From an uncultured Actinomycetes bacterium (lineage in GTDB: Bacteria > Actinomycetota > Thermoleophilia > Solirubrobacterales > 70-9), in NCBI GenBank assembly GCA_963696955.1, contig CAVOMF010000002.1, forward strand, positions 354,044 through 418,043: a stretch of DNA of 64,000 bases, written 5' to 3'. The notes beneath the pieces were generated by a model. That model was not told the origin of the DNA and did not search any database. It worked only from the letters and a program-made list of their open reading frames with translations. How positions within the stretch are numbered: position 1 is the stretch's first letter; every line of letters begins with the position of its first letter. This document shows positions 24,266 through 33,348 of the stretch, piece by piece. The position numbers and the translations under genes were made by a program.

Positions 24266-25462
24266 CTACTGCCGGGTGAAGGAGACCCGCAGGGCGATCT
24301 CCAGGTCCGCCGCCGCGACGCTGAGCGGGCGGCCGACGAGTTCCTCGATCGCGCGGATGCGGTTGCGCACCGTTCGGCGGTCGACACCGAGGGCGGCGGC
24401 GGTCGAGGAGACGTTCCGCTCCGCCGCGAAGTAGGCACGCAGGGTCTGGCGCGCGACCTTGCCGCCGTCCCGCATCCGCTCCAGCGGCTCCAGGTAGAGC
24501 TGGCGCAGCGACCGCGCGAGCAGGTCGTCGCGGAGCGTCGCCGCCTCGATCGCGACATCGGCGTAGCGGACGAGGGGCTCGCCGCGGCGCTCGGCCACCG
24601 CCAGCGCCGCCTTCGCCTGCAGATGGCTGAAGCGCCAGCCGGCCAGCCCCTCCGCCGGCTCGCCGAGGGTCACGACCACGCCCCTCGGTTCGAGCTCGGA
24701 GAGAACCCGCACCGCCTCCTCGGCCTCGACCGGGCGGCTGCCGCCGAGCCAGCCCGCCCAGGTCGGCTCCTCCTCCCGCTGGACCGAGAGCAGGCGGCGA
24801 TCGAGCCGCTTCGCCAGCTCGCGCAACAGCGGCTCCGCCCCCTCCCCCCGCGCCATCAGGGCGAGGTGCTCGGCTTCGAGGTCGTATTCGACCTCCGCGT
24901 GGTCGACGAATTCGCCCGCCAGCAGCCTTTTCACCGACTCGCGCCGGCGCTCGGCGGTGCTGCTCGGCCGCACCTGTGCCTCGCGGGCATGCTCGGCGCT
25001 GACCGCCGCGAGGAGACGATCGCCCACCGTCGCCTGAGCGGCGAGCAGGTTGCGGAGGGTCGCGTTCGGGACCCCCTCCCGCTCCGCCTCTTCGGCGAGG
25101 AAGTCGGCGAAGAGGGCGTTGCCGGCGAAGTAGCGCCGCAGGACGGTGTCGAGCGGCACTCGGTCGCGGGCGTCGAGCCGGGCCTGGGCCAGCAGCGCTG
25201 CCGGGACATCGGAGACGGCGCGCTCGCCGACCTCGAGCACCTCGAGCCGGTACTCGACTGCGGCGGCAAGGGCCGCGTTCAGCCCCTCGACGTAGGCGGG
25301 ATCGGTGACGTCGCGCGGATCGGAGATCGAATACACCCGCGTCGCGATCGCCGTCTTCAACTCCGGCAGCCGCTCGCGCAGGCGCTCGGCGAGCAACGAG
25401 CGCGCGCCCCCGACGGAGGGGGAGCGGCCTGCTGACTTACCGGCCGTTCGCTTTCCCACCAA
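24266..25462 (-). CDS. PucR/CdaR-family transcriptional regulator
   Basis: C-terminal HTH LRAYFAAERNVSSTAAALGVDRRTVRNRIRAIEELVGRPL. Confidence 0.8.
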   Translation of the reverse strand: MVGKRTAGKSAGRSPSVGGARSLLAERLRERLPELKTAIATRVYSISDPRDVTDPAYVEGLNAALAAAVEYRLEVLEVGERAVSDVPAALLAQARLDARDRVPLDTVLRRYFAGNALFADFLAEEAEREGVPNATLRNLLAAQATVGDRLLAAVSAEHAREAQVRPSSTAERRRESVKRLLAGEFVDHAEVEYDLEAEHLALMARGEGAEPLLRELAKRLDRRLLSVQREEEPTWAGWLGGSRPVEAEEAVRVLSELEPRGVVVTLGEPAEGLAGWRFSHLQAKAALAVAERRGEPLVRYADVAIEAATLRDDLLARSLRQLYLEPLERMRDGGKVARQTLRAYFAAERNVSSTAAALGVDRRTVRNRIRAIEELVGRPLSVAAADLEIALRVSFTRQ

Positions 25463-25468
25463 GCCAGG

Positions 25469-26023
25469 TTAACTGCCGCTGTTGCGCTGGCGGTAGCGGC
25501 GAGTCTTCTCGCGGTTGCCGCACTCCTCCATCGAGCACCAGGTGCGGGAACGGTTGCGGGTGGCGTCGTAGAAGGCCCATTGGCAGCCCTCATCGGTGCA
25601 GGCTTTGAGGCGGGGCCAGGTGCCCTGGGACTGGAGGCGCTCGATCGCCAGCAGCAGGCGGGCTTCGAAGCCCGTCAGGTCCGAGCGGGCGGGGGCGATC
25701 TGCAGCTCGCCGGCGGCGGAGAAGGTGGTGCGGTAGCGGCTGCGCTCGGCGGCTTCGCGCAGCGGCTGCAGGCGAGCGTCGTCGAGCTCGCCGCCGTTGT
25801 GGGTGCGGAGGAGCGCCCGCAGGGACTTGCGCAGGGCGTGGACACGGGCGACGTCCTCTTCCTCGGGCGCCGCGATCAGCTCGCCGGTCTTCTCGGCGAC
25901 CCAGGCTGAGAGCTGATCCGGCTCGGCGATCGCATCGCTCTCCTCCTCGAGATCGTGCGTGTTGACGAAGTCGACGAGCAGGTCGACCTCGTCCTCGATG
26001 CCTTTGTTAAGTTGGATTGACAC
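25469..26023 (-). CDS. CGNR zinc-finger (ABATE) domain protein
   Basis: LKACTDEGCQWAFYDATRNRSRTWCSMEECGNREKTRRYRQR. Confidence 0.85.
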   Translation of the reverse strand: MSIQLNKGIEDEVDLLVDFVNTHDLEEESDAIAEPDQLSAWVAEKTGELIAAPEEEDVARVHALRKSLRALLRTHNGGELDDARLQPLREAAERSRYRTTFSAAGELQIAPARSDLTGFEARLLLAIERLQSQGTWPRLKACTDEGCQWAFYDATRNRSRTWCSMEECGNREKTRRYRQRNSGS

Positions 26024-26103
26024 CGTCTAGCCAGTTTAGCTAGTGTTTGTGACACTGGCAAGTTGATTTAGCCGGTGTTCACCCTAAGCCTGAGGAGGCC
26101 ATC

Positions 26104-26208
26104 ATGAGATTCCTCGCCAGCCTCACCATCGCCAACGCCGCCGAGTCGCAGCGCCGCCTGCGGGAGGTCGCCGCCCGCGATCGCCAAGTTCGCCGGCGCC
26201 CGCGCTAG
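26104..26208 (+). CDS. possible 34-aa Arg-rich peptide
   Basis: GAGGAGG lies 6 nt upstream of the ATG. MRFLASLTIANAAESQRRLREVAARDRQVRRRPR. Too short for the ORF track. Confidence 0.25.
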   Translation: MRFLASLTIANAAESQRRLREVAARDRQVRRRPR

Positions 26209-26312
26209 CCGAGTTCGATTACGCCGAAGAGCAGCAGCAGGACCAAGGTCACCACGGCCGAGACCAGCAGCGAACCGGCGCAGCCGAGGTTGTTGGAGAA
26301 GAAAAGGAACAC
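26205..26312 (-). CDS. possible 35-aa hydrophobic peptide
   Basis: GTG start. FLFFSNNLGCAGSLLVSAVVTLVLLLLFGVIELG. Convergent with the previous ORF; the two stops share a CTAG. Confidence 0.2.
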   Translation of the reverse strand: MFLFFSNNLGCAGSLLVSAVVTLVLLLLFGVIELG

Positions 26313-26409
26313 CCGAGGGTCGCTACCCCTGGGCTCAAAGCCGGAAACCGGCTGAGGTAACCGACATCAGACGTCGCCGACCTCAGATGTAGGCGACCCG
26401 TGAGGAAGG

Positions 26410-26940
26410 CTACCCGGATGCTTCGGCGAGCCTTTCCTTCAGTCGCAGCAGGGCGATCACCGTGGTCGCGTCGCGGATGCCCGGCAGCGCCCAGTCGAGC
26501 TCGGCCAGATCGAGGCGGACGATCTCGATCTCCTCGTCCTCGTCGCGCTCGCCGCTCGCCGGCGAAAGGCCGGTCGCCTCGAAGATCGTCACCTTCTCGG
26601 TGAGGAATCCGGGGCTGGGATAGATGACGTGGAGGAGGCTCCAGCTCTCAGCCCGGAGCTCCGCCTCCTCGGCCAGCTCCCGCTTCGCGCACTCCAGCTC
26701 GTCCTCCCCCTCGACGTCCAGCGTCCCAGCCGGAATCTCCAGCAGCTCGTCCTCCTCGACAGCCTCCCGCGGCTGCGCGACCAGGTAGGCGAACTCCTCG
26801 TCATGGGCGAGCACCGCGACAGAGCCGGGATGCTCGACGACCTCCCGCTCGACCTCGGTCCCGTCGGCGCGCCGATAGCGCTTGGCGACGAAGTCGACGT
26901 GCTTGCCCTTATGTAGTGGGGTTTCCCCTAGAAAGTCCAT
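26410..26940 (-). CDS. NUDIX hydrolase (ADP-ribose pyrophosphatase-like)
   Basis: Nudix box GTLDVEGEDELECAKRELAEEAEL. Confidence 0.85.
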   Translation of the reverse strand: MDFLGETPLHKGKHVDFVAKRYRRADGTEVEREVVEHPGSVAVLAHDEEFAYLVAQPREAVEEDELLEIPAGTLDVEGEDELECAKRELAEEAELRAESWSLLHVIYPSPGFLTEKVTIFEATGLSPASGERDEDEEIEIVRLDLAELDWALPGIRDATTVIALLRLKERLAEASG

Positions 26941-26973
26941 GTAAATCTTTCAGTAAATGTTATATTTGCAAGG

Positions 26974-28135
26974 ATGATCTCTCGACGAATCGCGCCTGAA
27001 GCTATCGCTCTTCTCGATCAGTCGCCCGCAGTGGTGCTGACGGGGCCGCGGCAGGTCGGCAAGACGACGCTGGCCCTCGAGATAGCCGCAAGCCGGCCGG
27101 CCTCCTACCTCGACCTCGAGTCCGAGGCAGATCGCGCCCGGCTCGCCGAGCCAGAGCTCTATTTCGCCGATCACGCTGATGAGCTGCTCGTCCTCGACGA
27201 GATCCAGAGGCTGCCCGGCCTCTTCGAAGTGCTGCGCGGAGTGATCGACCGCGGCCGGCGCGAAGGCAAGGCTGATGGCCGCTTCCTCCTCCTCGGCTCC
27301 GCTTCGCTGCGAGCTGCTGGCCCAGAGCGGGGAGACGCTCGCCGGCCGGATCGCGTTTGCCGAGCTTGCGCCGTTCGACGTCACCGAGATCGGTGCCGAG
27401 CGGCTCGACCGGCTCTGGGTTCGCGGTGGCTTTCCGGAGAGCTTCCTCGCCGACGGAGACGAGACGAGCCTGCGCTGGCGAGGTGACTTCATCCGCACCT
27501 ACCTCGAACGAGACATCCCCCAGCTCGGTCCGCGGATACCGGCGGAGACGCTGCGACGGCTGTGGACGATGCTCGCCCACAACCAGGGGAGCCTGCTGAA
27601 CGCTGCCAATCTCGCCCGCGGTCTCGGCGTCAGCGGCGTCACGATCGGCCGCTACCTCGACCTGATGGTCGACCTGCTGCTGGTCCGGCGCCTACCGCCG
27701 CGGCTCACCAACGTCGGTAAGCGCCTGGTGCGCTCGCCCAAGGTCTACCTGCGCGACAGCGGCCTTCTGCATTCCCTGCTCGGGATCGCCGACAAGGAGG
27801 CGCTGTTGGGGCATCCGGTTGTCGGCGGCAGCTGGGAGGGCCTTGCGATCGAGAACCTGATCGGAATCGCGGGCGATGCCGAGCCGGCCTTCTACCGCAC
27901 CAGCGGCGGCGCCGAGATCGACCTTGTGCTCTCCTGGCGGGACGGGCGCGAGTGGGCGATCGAGGTGAAGCGGACCCTCTCGCCGAAGCTCGAGCCGGGA
28001 ATGCGCTCCGCGCTCGCCGACATCGAGCCGGAGCGCGCCTTCGTCGTCTATCCCGGCAGCGAGCGCTTCGCCCTGGGCGCAAGGGTGGAGGCGATCAGCC
28101 TGCCGGAGCTCTGCGCCGAGCTCAGCTTGAAGTAG
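26974..28135 (+). pseudogene. AAA-ATPase + DUF4143 family protein with one +1 frameshift near 27310
   Basis: VVLTGPRQVGKTTLA (Walker A), LLVLDEIQRLP (Walker B), FLLLGSASL in the 26974 frame, then ELLAQSGETLAGRIAFAELAPF...VVGGSWEGLAIENL in the 27275 frame. Confidence 0.7.
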
Positions 28136-29639
28136 GGAAGTGCAGCGAGCCGGCGTCGCCGGGACCGGCGGCGTTGGTGGCGGGCCAGCGGGCGGTGATC
28201 GCCTTGCCGCGGGTGTAGAAGCGGACGCCCTCGGGACCGTGGATGTGGTGGTCGCCGAAGAGGGAGTCCTTCCAGCCGCCGAAGGAGTAGAAGGCCATCG
28301 GCACCGGGATCGGGACGTTGATGCCGATCATCCCCACTTCGACCTCGCGCTGGAAGCGGCGGGCCTCGTAGCCGGAGCCGGTGAAGATCGCGGCGCCGTT
28401 GGCGTAGGGGTTGCGGTTGATCAGCTCGATCGCCTCGTCGAGGCCGGGGCTGCGGACGACCGAGAGGACGGGGCCGAAGATCTCGTCGGTGTAGACGGAC
28501 ATGCTTGGGTCGACCTGGTCGATCAGGGTCGGCCCGACCCAGAAGCCGCCTCCGTCGACGTCGAGCTCGCGGCCGTCGACGGTGACGTTCGCGCCCGCCT
28601 CGGCCCCCTGGCCGATGTAGTCGACGATCCGCTCGCGCGCCTGCGGCGTCACCACCGGCCCCATTTCCGAGCTCGGGTCGAGCCCGGGGCCGACCTTGAT
28701 CTCGCGCGCCCGCCGCGCCACCTCCTCGACCAGCTCGTCGGCGACCTCGCCGGCGGCGACGGCGACCGAGATCGCCATGCAGCGCTGGCCGGCCGAGCCG
28801 AAGCCGGCGGCGGCGAGCTGGTCGGCGGCGTAGCCGAGGTCGGCGCCGGGAACGACGACGGCGTGGTTCTTCGCCCCGCCGAGCGCTTGCACCCGCTTGC
28901 GGTTCTCGGTCGCCCGGGCGTGGACGTAGGAGGCGATCGGGGTCGAGCCGACGAAGGAGACGGCGGCGACGCCGGGGTGGTCGAGCAGAGCATCGACCGC
29001 GACCTTGTCGCCGTGGACGACGTTGAAGACGCCGGCCGGCAGCCCCGCCTCAGCGTAGAGCTCAGCGACCAGGTTGGAGGCGGAGGGATCGCGCTCGGAG
29101 GGCTTGAGGACGAAGGTGTTGCCGCAGGCGATTGCCACCGGGTGCATCCACATCGGCACCATCGCCGGGAAGTTGAACGGGGTGATGCCGGCGCAGACGC
29201 CAAGCGGCTGGCGGAAAGAGAAGGCGTCGACCGTGGTCGAGACCTGATCGGAGTACTCACCCTTCATCAGGTGCGGGATCCCGCAGGCGAACTCGACCAC
29301 CTCGAGCCCACGCAGCACCTCCCCCTTCGCGTCCTCGAAGACCTTGCCGTGCTCGGAGGAGACGATCCGGGCCAGCTTCTCGACGTTCTCGTTCAGCAGC
29401 TCACGGAAGGCGAACATGACCTTGGCGCGGCGGCTCAGCGAGGCCTCCGACCAGTCAGCGAAGGCCGCGCGCGCCGCCGTGACCGCGGCATCCACGTCGG
29501 CCGGTTCCGCCAGCACCACCTCGGCCTGCTGCTCCCCGGTCGCGGGGTCCCAGACGGGTGAGGTTCGGGTCGAGGAACCGGCGGCCTCCTCGCCGCCGAT
29601 CCGGTGCCGGATCGTCCGTTTCGCAGTCACCGCGCTCAT
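28122..29639 (-). CDS. mmsA: CoA-acylating methylmalonate-semialdehyde dehydrogenase
   Basis: 505-aa ALDH-family protein. FVGSTPIA, GQRCMA catalytic Cys region, MmsA-like ends (IGGEE...; FYTRGKAITARW). Confidence 0.8.
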   Translation of the reverse strand: MSAVTAKRTIRHRIGGEEAAGSSTRTSPVWDPATGEQQAEVVLAEPADVDAAVTAARAAFADWSEASLSRRAKVMFAFRELLNENVEKLARIVSSEHGKVFEDAKGEVLRGLEVVEFACGIPHLMKGEYSDQVSTTVDAFSFRQPLGVCAGITPFNFPAMVPMWMHPVAIACGNTFVLKPSERDPSASNLVAELYAEAGLPAGVFNVVHGDKVAVDALLDHPGVAAVSFVGSTPIASYVHARATENRKRVQALGGAKNHAVVVPGADLGYAADQLAAAGFGSAGQRCMAISVAVAAGEVADELVEEVARRAREIKVGPGLDPSSEMGPVVTPQARERIVDYIGQGAEAGANVTVDGRELDVDGGGFWVGPTLIDQVDPSMSVYTDEIFGPVLSVVRSPGLDEAIELINRNPYANGAAIFTGSGYEARRFQREVEVGMIGINVPIPVPMAFYSFGGWKDSLFGDHHIHGPEGVRFYTRGKAITARWPATNAAGPGDAGSLHFPTSS

Positions 29640-29643
29640 CCGA

Positions 29644-30615
29644 TCATTGTGACGCGACCGGGGTCAGCGGCCCTTGGCCACTGAGTACAGAGATCGCGTT
29701 GCGGGCCGCCAGCTCGGCCATGGCGGTGCGCGTCTCGACCGTGGCCGAGCCGAGGTGCGGCGCGAGGACGACGTTGTCGAGATCGAGCAGCGCCGGCTCG
29801 ACCAGCGGCTCGTGCTCGTAGACGTCGAGGCCGGCGGCGGCGATCTGCCCCTCGGCCAGGGCCGCCGCCAGCGCCCGCTCGTCGACCACCGGCCCCCGCG
29901 ACGCATTGACCAGCACTGCGCTCGGCTTCATCGCTTCCAGCTCGGCGGTGCCGATCAGGTGACGCGTTTCCGGGGTCAGCGGGGTGTGGAGGCTGACGAC
30001 GTCGGCGGTGGCAAGCAGCTCCGCGAGCGGCAGCCGCTCGGCCTCCAGCGCCGCCTCGACCTCGGCCGGCGCCGGGTGGCGCGAGTGGTAGGCGATCTCC
30101 ATCCCGAAGGCGCGGGCCCGCTCCGCCACCTTGCGGCCGATTCCGCCGAGCCCGACGATTCCCAGCCGCTTCCCCTGCAGGCCGCTGCCGAGCATGAAGC
30201 CCATCCCCCAGCTCCACTCGCGGCCGGAGCGGATGAGCCGTTCCCCCTCCCCCAGCCGCCGCGTCGCCGCCAGGATCAGCCCGAAGGTGAGGTCGGCGGT
30301 GGCGTCGTCGAGGACGCCCGGGGTGTTGGTCACCGTCACCCCGTGGCGCGCCGCCGCCTCGAGGTCGACGTTGTCGTAGCCGACGGCGACGTTGGCGACG
30401 CAGCGCAGCTGCGGCCCGGCCGCCATCAGCAGCTCCTCGTCGACGCGGTCGTGGAGGAGGGTGAGGACGGCGTCGGCACCGGCGACCAGCTCGAGCAGGT
30501 CGGCTCGCGGGATCGCCACCTCGCGATCGTCGATCCGCACCTCCCCTGCCTCCCGCAGCAACTCGACGGCGGAGCCTGGGACACGGTTGGTGACGGCGAA
30601 GGTCGGGCCTTGCAC
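29644..30615 (-). CDS. D-isomer-specific 2-hydroxyacid dehydrogenase (glyoxylate/hydroxypyruvate reductase-like)
   Basis: GIVGLGGIGRKVAERARAFGM NAD-binding motif; NASRGPVVDE; APHLGSAT. Confidence 0.85.
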   Translation of the reverse strand: MQGPTFAVTNRVPGSAVELLREAGEVRIDDREVAIPRADLLELVAGADAVLTLLHDRVDEELLMAAGPQLRCVANVAVGYDNVDLEAAARHGVTVTNTPGVLDDATADLTFGLILAATRRLGEGERLIRSGREWSWGMGFMLGSGLQGKRLGIVGLGGIGRKVAERARAFGMEIAYHSRHPAPAEVEAALEAERLPLAELLATADVVSLHTPLTPETRHLIGTAELEAMKPSAVLVNASRGPVVDERALAAALAEGQIAAAGLDVYEHEPLVEPALLDLDNVVLAPHLGSATVETRTAMAELAARNAISVLSGQGPLTPVASQ

Positions 30616-30621
30616 TTAGAA

Positions 30622-30659
30622 CTCCCGAGGCGCTTTACTCTGGGTAGGCGCCTCGGGAG
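30622..30659 (-). terminator. intrinsic terminator-like hairpin after the PP2C gene
   Basis: Perfect 12-bp stem CTCCCGAGGCGC/GCGCCTCGGGAG with a 14-nt loop, followed on the minus strand by TTCTAAG. Confidence 0.5.
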
Positions 30660-30766
30660 CCAGGATCAACATGATTCGCGTCATTGATTTTCCCGGGGCG
30701 CCATTGTGTGTCAACTGGGTACGGCTGACTACCTGATCAAGTGCCACAGGGCACCGTACCGCGGTG

Positions 30767-31807
30767 TCACCCGGAGTCGGGCTTCAGCACGACGAGGCAG
30801 AGGTCGTCGCGGATCGGCCGGTCCGCCCAGCCGAGGATCGCCCGCTCGACCTCGCTCACCATCACCCGGGCGTTAAGGCCGGAGAGCGGCGCCAGCATCC
30901 CGACCAGCCCCTCGAGGCCGAGCATCTCGCGGCCGCGCCGGACATCGGTGGCGCCGTCGGTGTAGACGACGATTCCCTCGCTGCCGATGACCGAGGCCTC
31001 AGTGTTTTCAAGCTCCAACCTCTCCTGTGCGCCGAGCAGGAAGGTCGACCCGTCGGCCGCCAGCTCCTGCAGCTCGGGGAGGCGCAGCGGCGGCGGGTGC
31101 CCAGCCCGCGCCCAGCTCAGCGTGCTGCCGTCGGTGTGCAGCCGCACGCAGATCGCGCTCACCAGCTCGTCCTGCCCGCCGGGACGCTCGGCCAGCGCCG
31201 AGTTGGCAAGCCGCAGCAGCTCGGCCGGGTCGCTGGTGTTGGCGGCGAAGGCGGCGAGCTGGGCGCGGACAAAGGTGGCGAGGCGGGCCGCCGCGGGGCC
31301 GTGCCCGACGACGTCGCCGACAATTGCCACCGCCGAGCCGTCGGGGCCGTTGGTGAGCAGGTAGAAGTCACCGGAGACGCCGAGTTCGGAGGGGACGAAG
31401 GCGGCCGCCGCATCGACGCCGGCGAGCTCCGGCAGGTCGGCCGGAGTCAGGGCCGCCCGGATCGCCTCCAATTCCTCGGCCGAGTGCTCGAGCAGCTGCA
31501 GGCGCCGGCCGAGCGCGGTGAAGAGGAGCGCCACGCCGAGGAAGGAGGCGCCGCGGATGACGAAGGCGAGCGCGAAATGGGAGACCGGATGGATCGCCGC
31601 GCCGACCGCGTAGAGCGCCAGGCACGCGGCCGCCGTCAGCAGCGCCGGCCTCGGCCCGAACCACCAGGCGGCGAGGCCGATCGGGACCGAGTAGAGGAAG
31701 GCGACGCCGGAGCTGGCGGCGGCGATCGCCACCCAGGCGACGAAGACAGCAAGGACTCCGACGACGATCCAGGCGATGCGAGCGGTTCGCGAAGGGGCCC
31801 CTGACAA
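30767..31807 (-). CDS. membrane-anchored PP2C/SpoIIE-family serine phosphatase
   Basis: N-terminal TM helices, then SGDFYLL...AIVGDVVGHGPAAA...VVYTDGATD...DDLCLVVLK. Confidence 0.8.
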   Translation of the reverse strand: MSGAPSRTARIAWIVVGVLAVFVAWVAIAAASSGVAFLYSVPIGLAAWWFGPRPALLTAAACLALYAVGAAIHPVSHFALAFVIRGASFLGVALLFTALGRRLQLLEHSAEELEAIRAALTPADLPELAGVDAAAAFVPSELGVSGDFYLLTNGPDGSAVAIVGDVVGHGPAAARLATFVRAQLAAFAANTSDPAELLRLANSALAERPGGQDELVSAICVRLHTDGSTLSWARAGHPPPLRLPELQELAADGSTFLLGAQERLELENTEASVIGSEGIVVYTDGATDVRRGREMLGLEGLVGMLAPLSGLNARVMVSEVERAILGWADRPIRDDLCLVVLKPDSG

Positions 31808-31862
31808 CGTGGGGCGGACCTTACCTCAGGCCCGCCCCCAAGCTCGACGGAGGATCAGTCGA

Positions 31863-32039
31863 TCAGTACCACCTGCCGCGGGCAAAGCCGCCGAATGCGA
31901 TCAATCCGATCAGGGCGATGATCACGCCGAGCACGACGCTCCAGACGAGCGCCACCACGATTCCGATGATGACAAGGATGCCCCCCAACGAAATACCGCC
32001 GATGCCGCCGGCGTCCCTGTTGTCTGCTCTGGTGTTCAT
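31863..32039 (-). CDS. small membrane protein (58 aa)
   Basis: GGAGGAG RBS. MNTRADNRDAGGIGGISLGGILVIIGIVVALVWSVVLGVIIALIGLIAFGGFARGRWY. Below the ORF-track size cut-off. Confidence 0.5.
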   Translation of the reverse strand: MNTRADNRDAGGIGGISLGGILVIIGIVVALVWSVVLGVIIALIGLIAFGGFARGRWY

Positions 32040-32105
32040 CTGCTCCTCCGTTGGTCGGTTCCTTTGGACGACTGGTGCCTTCCAATTACCCCGCGAGGGC
32101 AGATC

Positions 32106-32381
32106 TCACTCCGGTTCGGGCGCCTCCTCCCCCGGCCAGGAGCCGGTCAATTTCGCGAACGAGGTGCGGGTGCCGTGGTCGACCAGGCCTTTGACGAGGC
32201 GGAAGATCGCCCCCTCGACGACCAGCGCCGCGACCAGCTTCGGCCAGGAGAATTCGCGGTGCTCGGGCTTCGGCGGCTCCTCTTCGTCGATCAGGCCCCA
32301 GACCTGTTCGAAGATCTTCTTGCCGGCGATTCCCGCGATCAATCCGAGGATAATGCTGATCGGGGCAAAGATGAGCTTCAT
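32106..32381 (-). CDS. DUF4235 domain protein
   Basis: Internal ATG of a long shadow ORF: MKLIFAPISIILGLIAGIAGKKIFEQVWGLIDEEEPPKPEHREFSWPKLVAALVVEGAIF. Confidence 0.6.
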   Translation of the reverse strand: MKLIFAPISIILGLIAGIAGKKIFEQVWGLIDEEEPPKPEHREFSWPKLVAALVVEGAIFRLVKGLVDHGTRTSFAKLTGSWPGEEAPEPE

Positions 32382-32401
32382 CGGTTGCGGCCTCCCTGCG
32401 G

Positions 32402-33319
32402 TTAGGTGGTCTTCTGGTCCTTGGGCTCGTCGCGCGGCTCGAGCTGGATCTCCTTCTCGGCCCGCGGCGTCCCTTCCTCGATCTCGGCGCTGCGCTCGCG
32501 CTCGGCGTTCATCTGGTGGCCGAAGAGGATCGCCAGGTTGGTGATCCAGAACCAGAGCAGCAGGACGACGAGCCCGGCGAGGGTGCCGTAGGTCTTGTCG
32601 TAGGAGCCGAAGTTGGCGACGAAGAGGGCGAAGAGGGCCGAGGCGATCGCCCAGACGACGATCGCGACGATCGCTCCCGGGGTCACCCATTTGAAGCCGC
32701 GGATCTTCACGTTCGGGGTCGTGTAATAGAGGACGTCGACCATGAGGATGAAGATCGCCGCCATCACCGGCCACTTGGCGATGTTCCAGACGTCGACGGC
32801 GGTGCCGCTGAGGCCGATCGGGTCGGCGATGGCTTCGACGACCGGGCCGGTGAGGACGAGGCCGATGGCGAGCAGCGCCATCATCACGATCATCGCCAGG
32901 GTGACCGCGATCTGCAGCGGCCGCAGCTTCCAGAAGGGGCGGCCCTCGGGGGTCTCGTAGATGATGTTGGAGGCGCGGGTGAAGGCGCCGACGTAGCCGG
33001 AGGCCGACCACAGCGCGGCGGCGAGGCCGAAGACGAAGGCGAAGCCGGCGGCGCTCTGGTTTTCGGTGATCGACTTGATCGGGCCTTCGAAGGTTTCGGC
33101 GCCGGATTCGGGGCCGAGTTCGGTGATGATCTCGGTCAGCTTCGACGTCGTCGTCTGCGGGTCGCCGAAGATCCCGATCAGCGAGACCATCGCGATCAGC
33201 GCCGGGAACAGCGAGAGCAGGCCGTAGTAGGTAAGCGCCGCCGCCCAGTCGGTGAGGTTGTCCTCCTGGAACTCGGTCAGCGTCCGCTTCAGGGTCGAGG
33301 GCACGCCCGATCTCTCCAT
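32402..33319 (-). CDS. YihY/BrkB (virulence factor BrkB) family membrane protein
   Basis: MERSGVPSTLKRTLTEFQEDNLTDWAAALTYYGLLSLFPALIA... plus six TM segments. The track ORF's N-terminal extension is Arg/Gly-rich junk. Confidence 0.8.
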   Translation of the reverse strand: MERSGVPSTLKRTLTEFQEDNLTDWAAALTYYGLLSLFPALIAMVSLIGIFGDPQTTTSKLTEIITELGPESGAETFEGPIKSITENQSAAGFAFVFGLAAALWSASGYVGAFTRASNIIYETPEGRPFWKLRPLQIAVTLAMIVMMALLAIGLVLTGPVVEAIADPIGLSGTAVDVWNIAKWPVMAAIFILMVDVLYYTTPNVKIRGFKWVTPGAIVAIVVWAIASALFALFVANFGSYDKTYGTLAGLVVLLLWFWITNLAILFGHQMNAERERSAEIEEGTPRAEKEIQLEPRDEPKDQKTT

Positions 33320-33348
33320 ACCGCCTACCTGCCCGCCTCTCCAACCTC

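Noticed and set aside
22973-25435. 820-aa plus-strand ORF
   Set aside because: It is antisense to the beta-propeller gene and the PucR regulator gene. The composition is dominated by A/G/R/D/E/P, it has no motifs, and its first codons come from the outward-facing arm of the inverted-repeat element.
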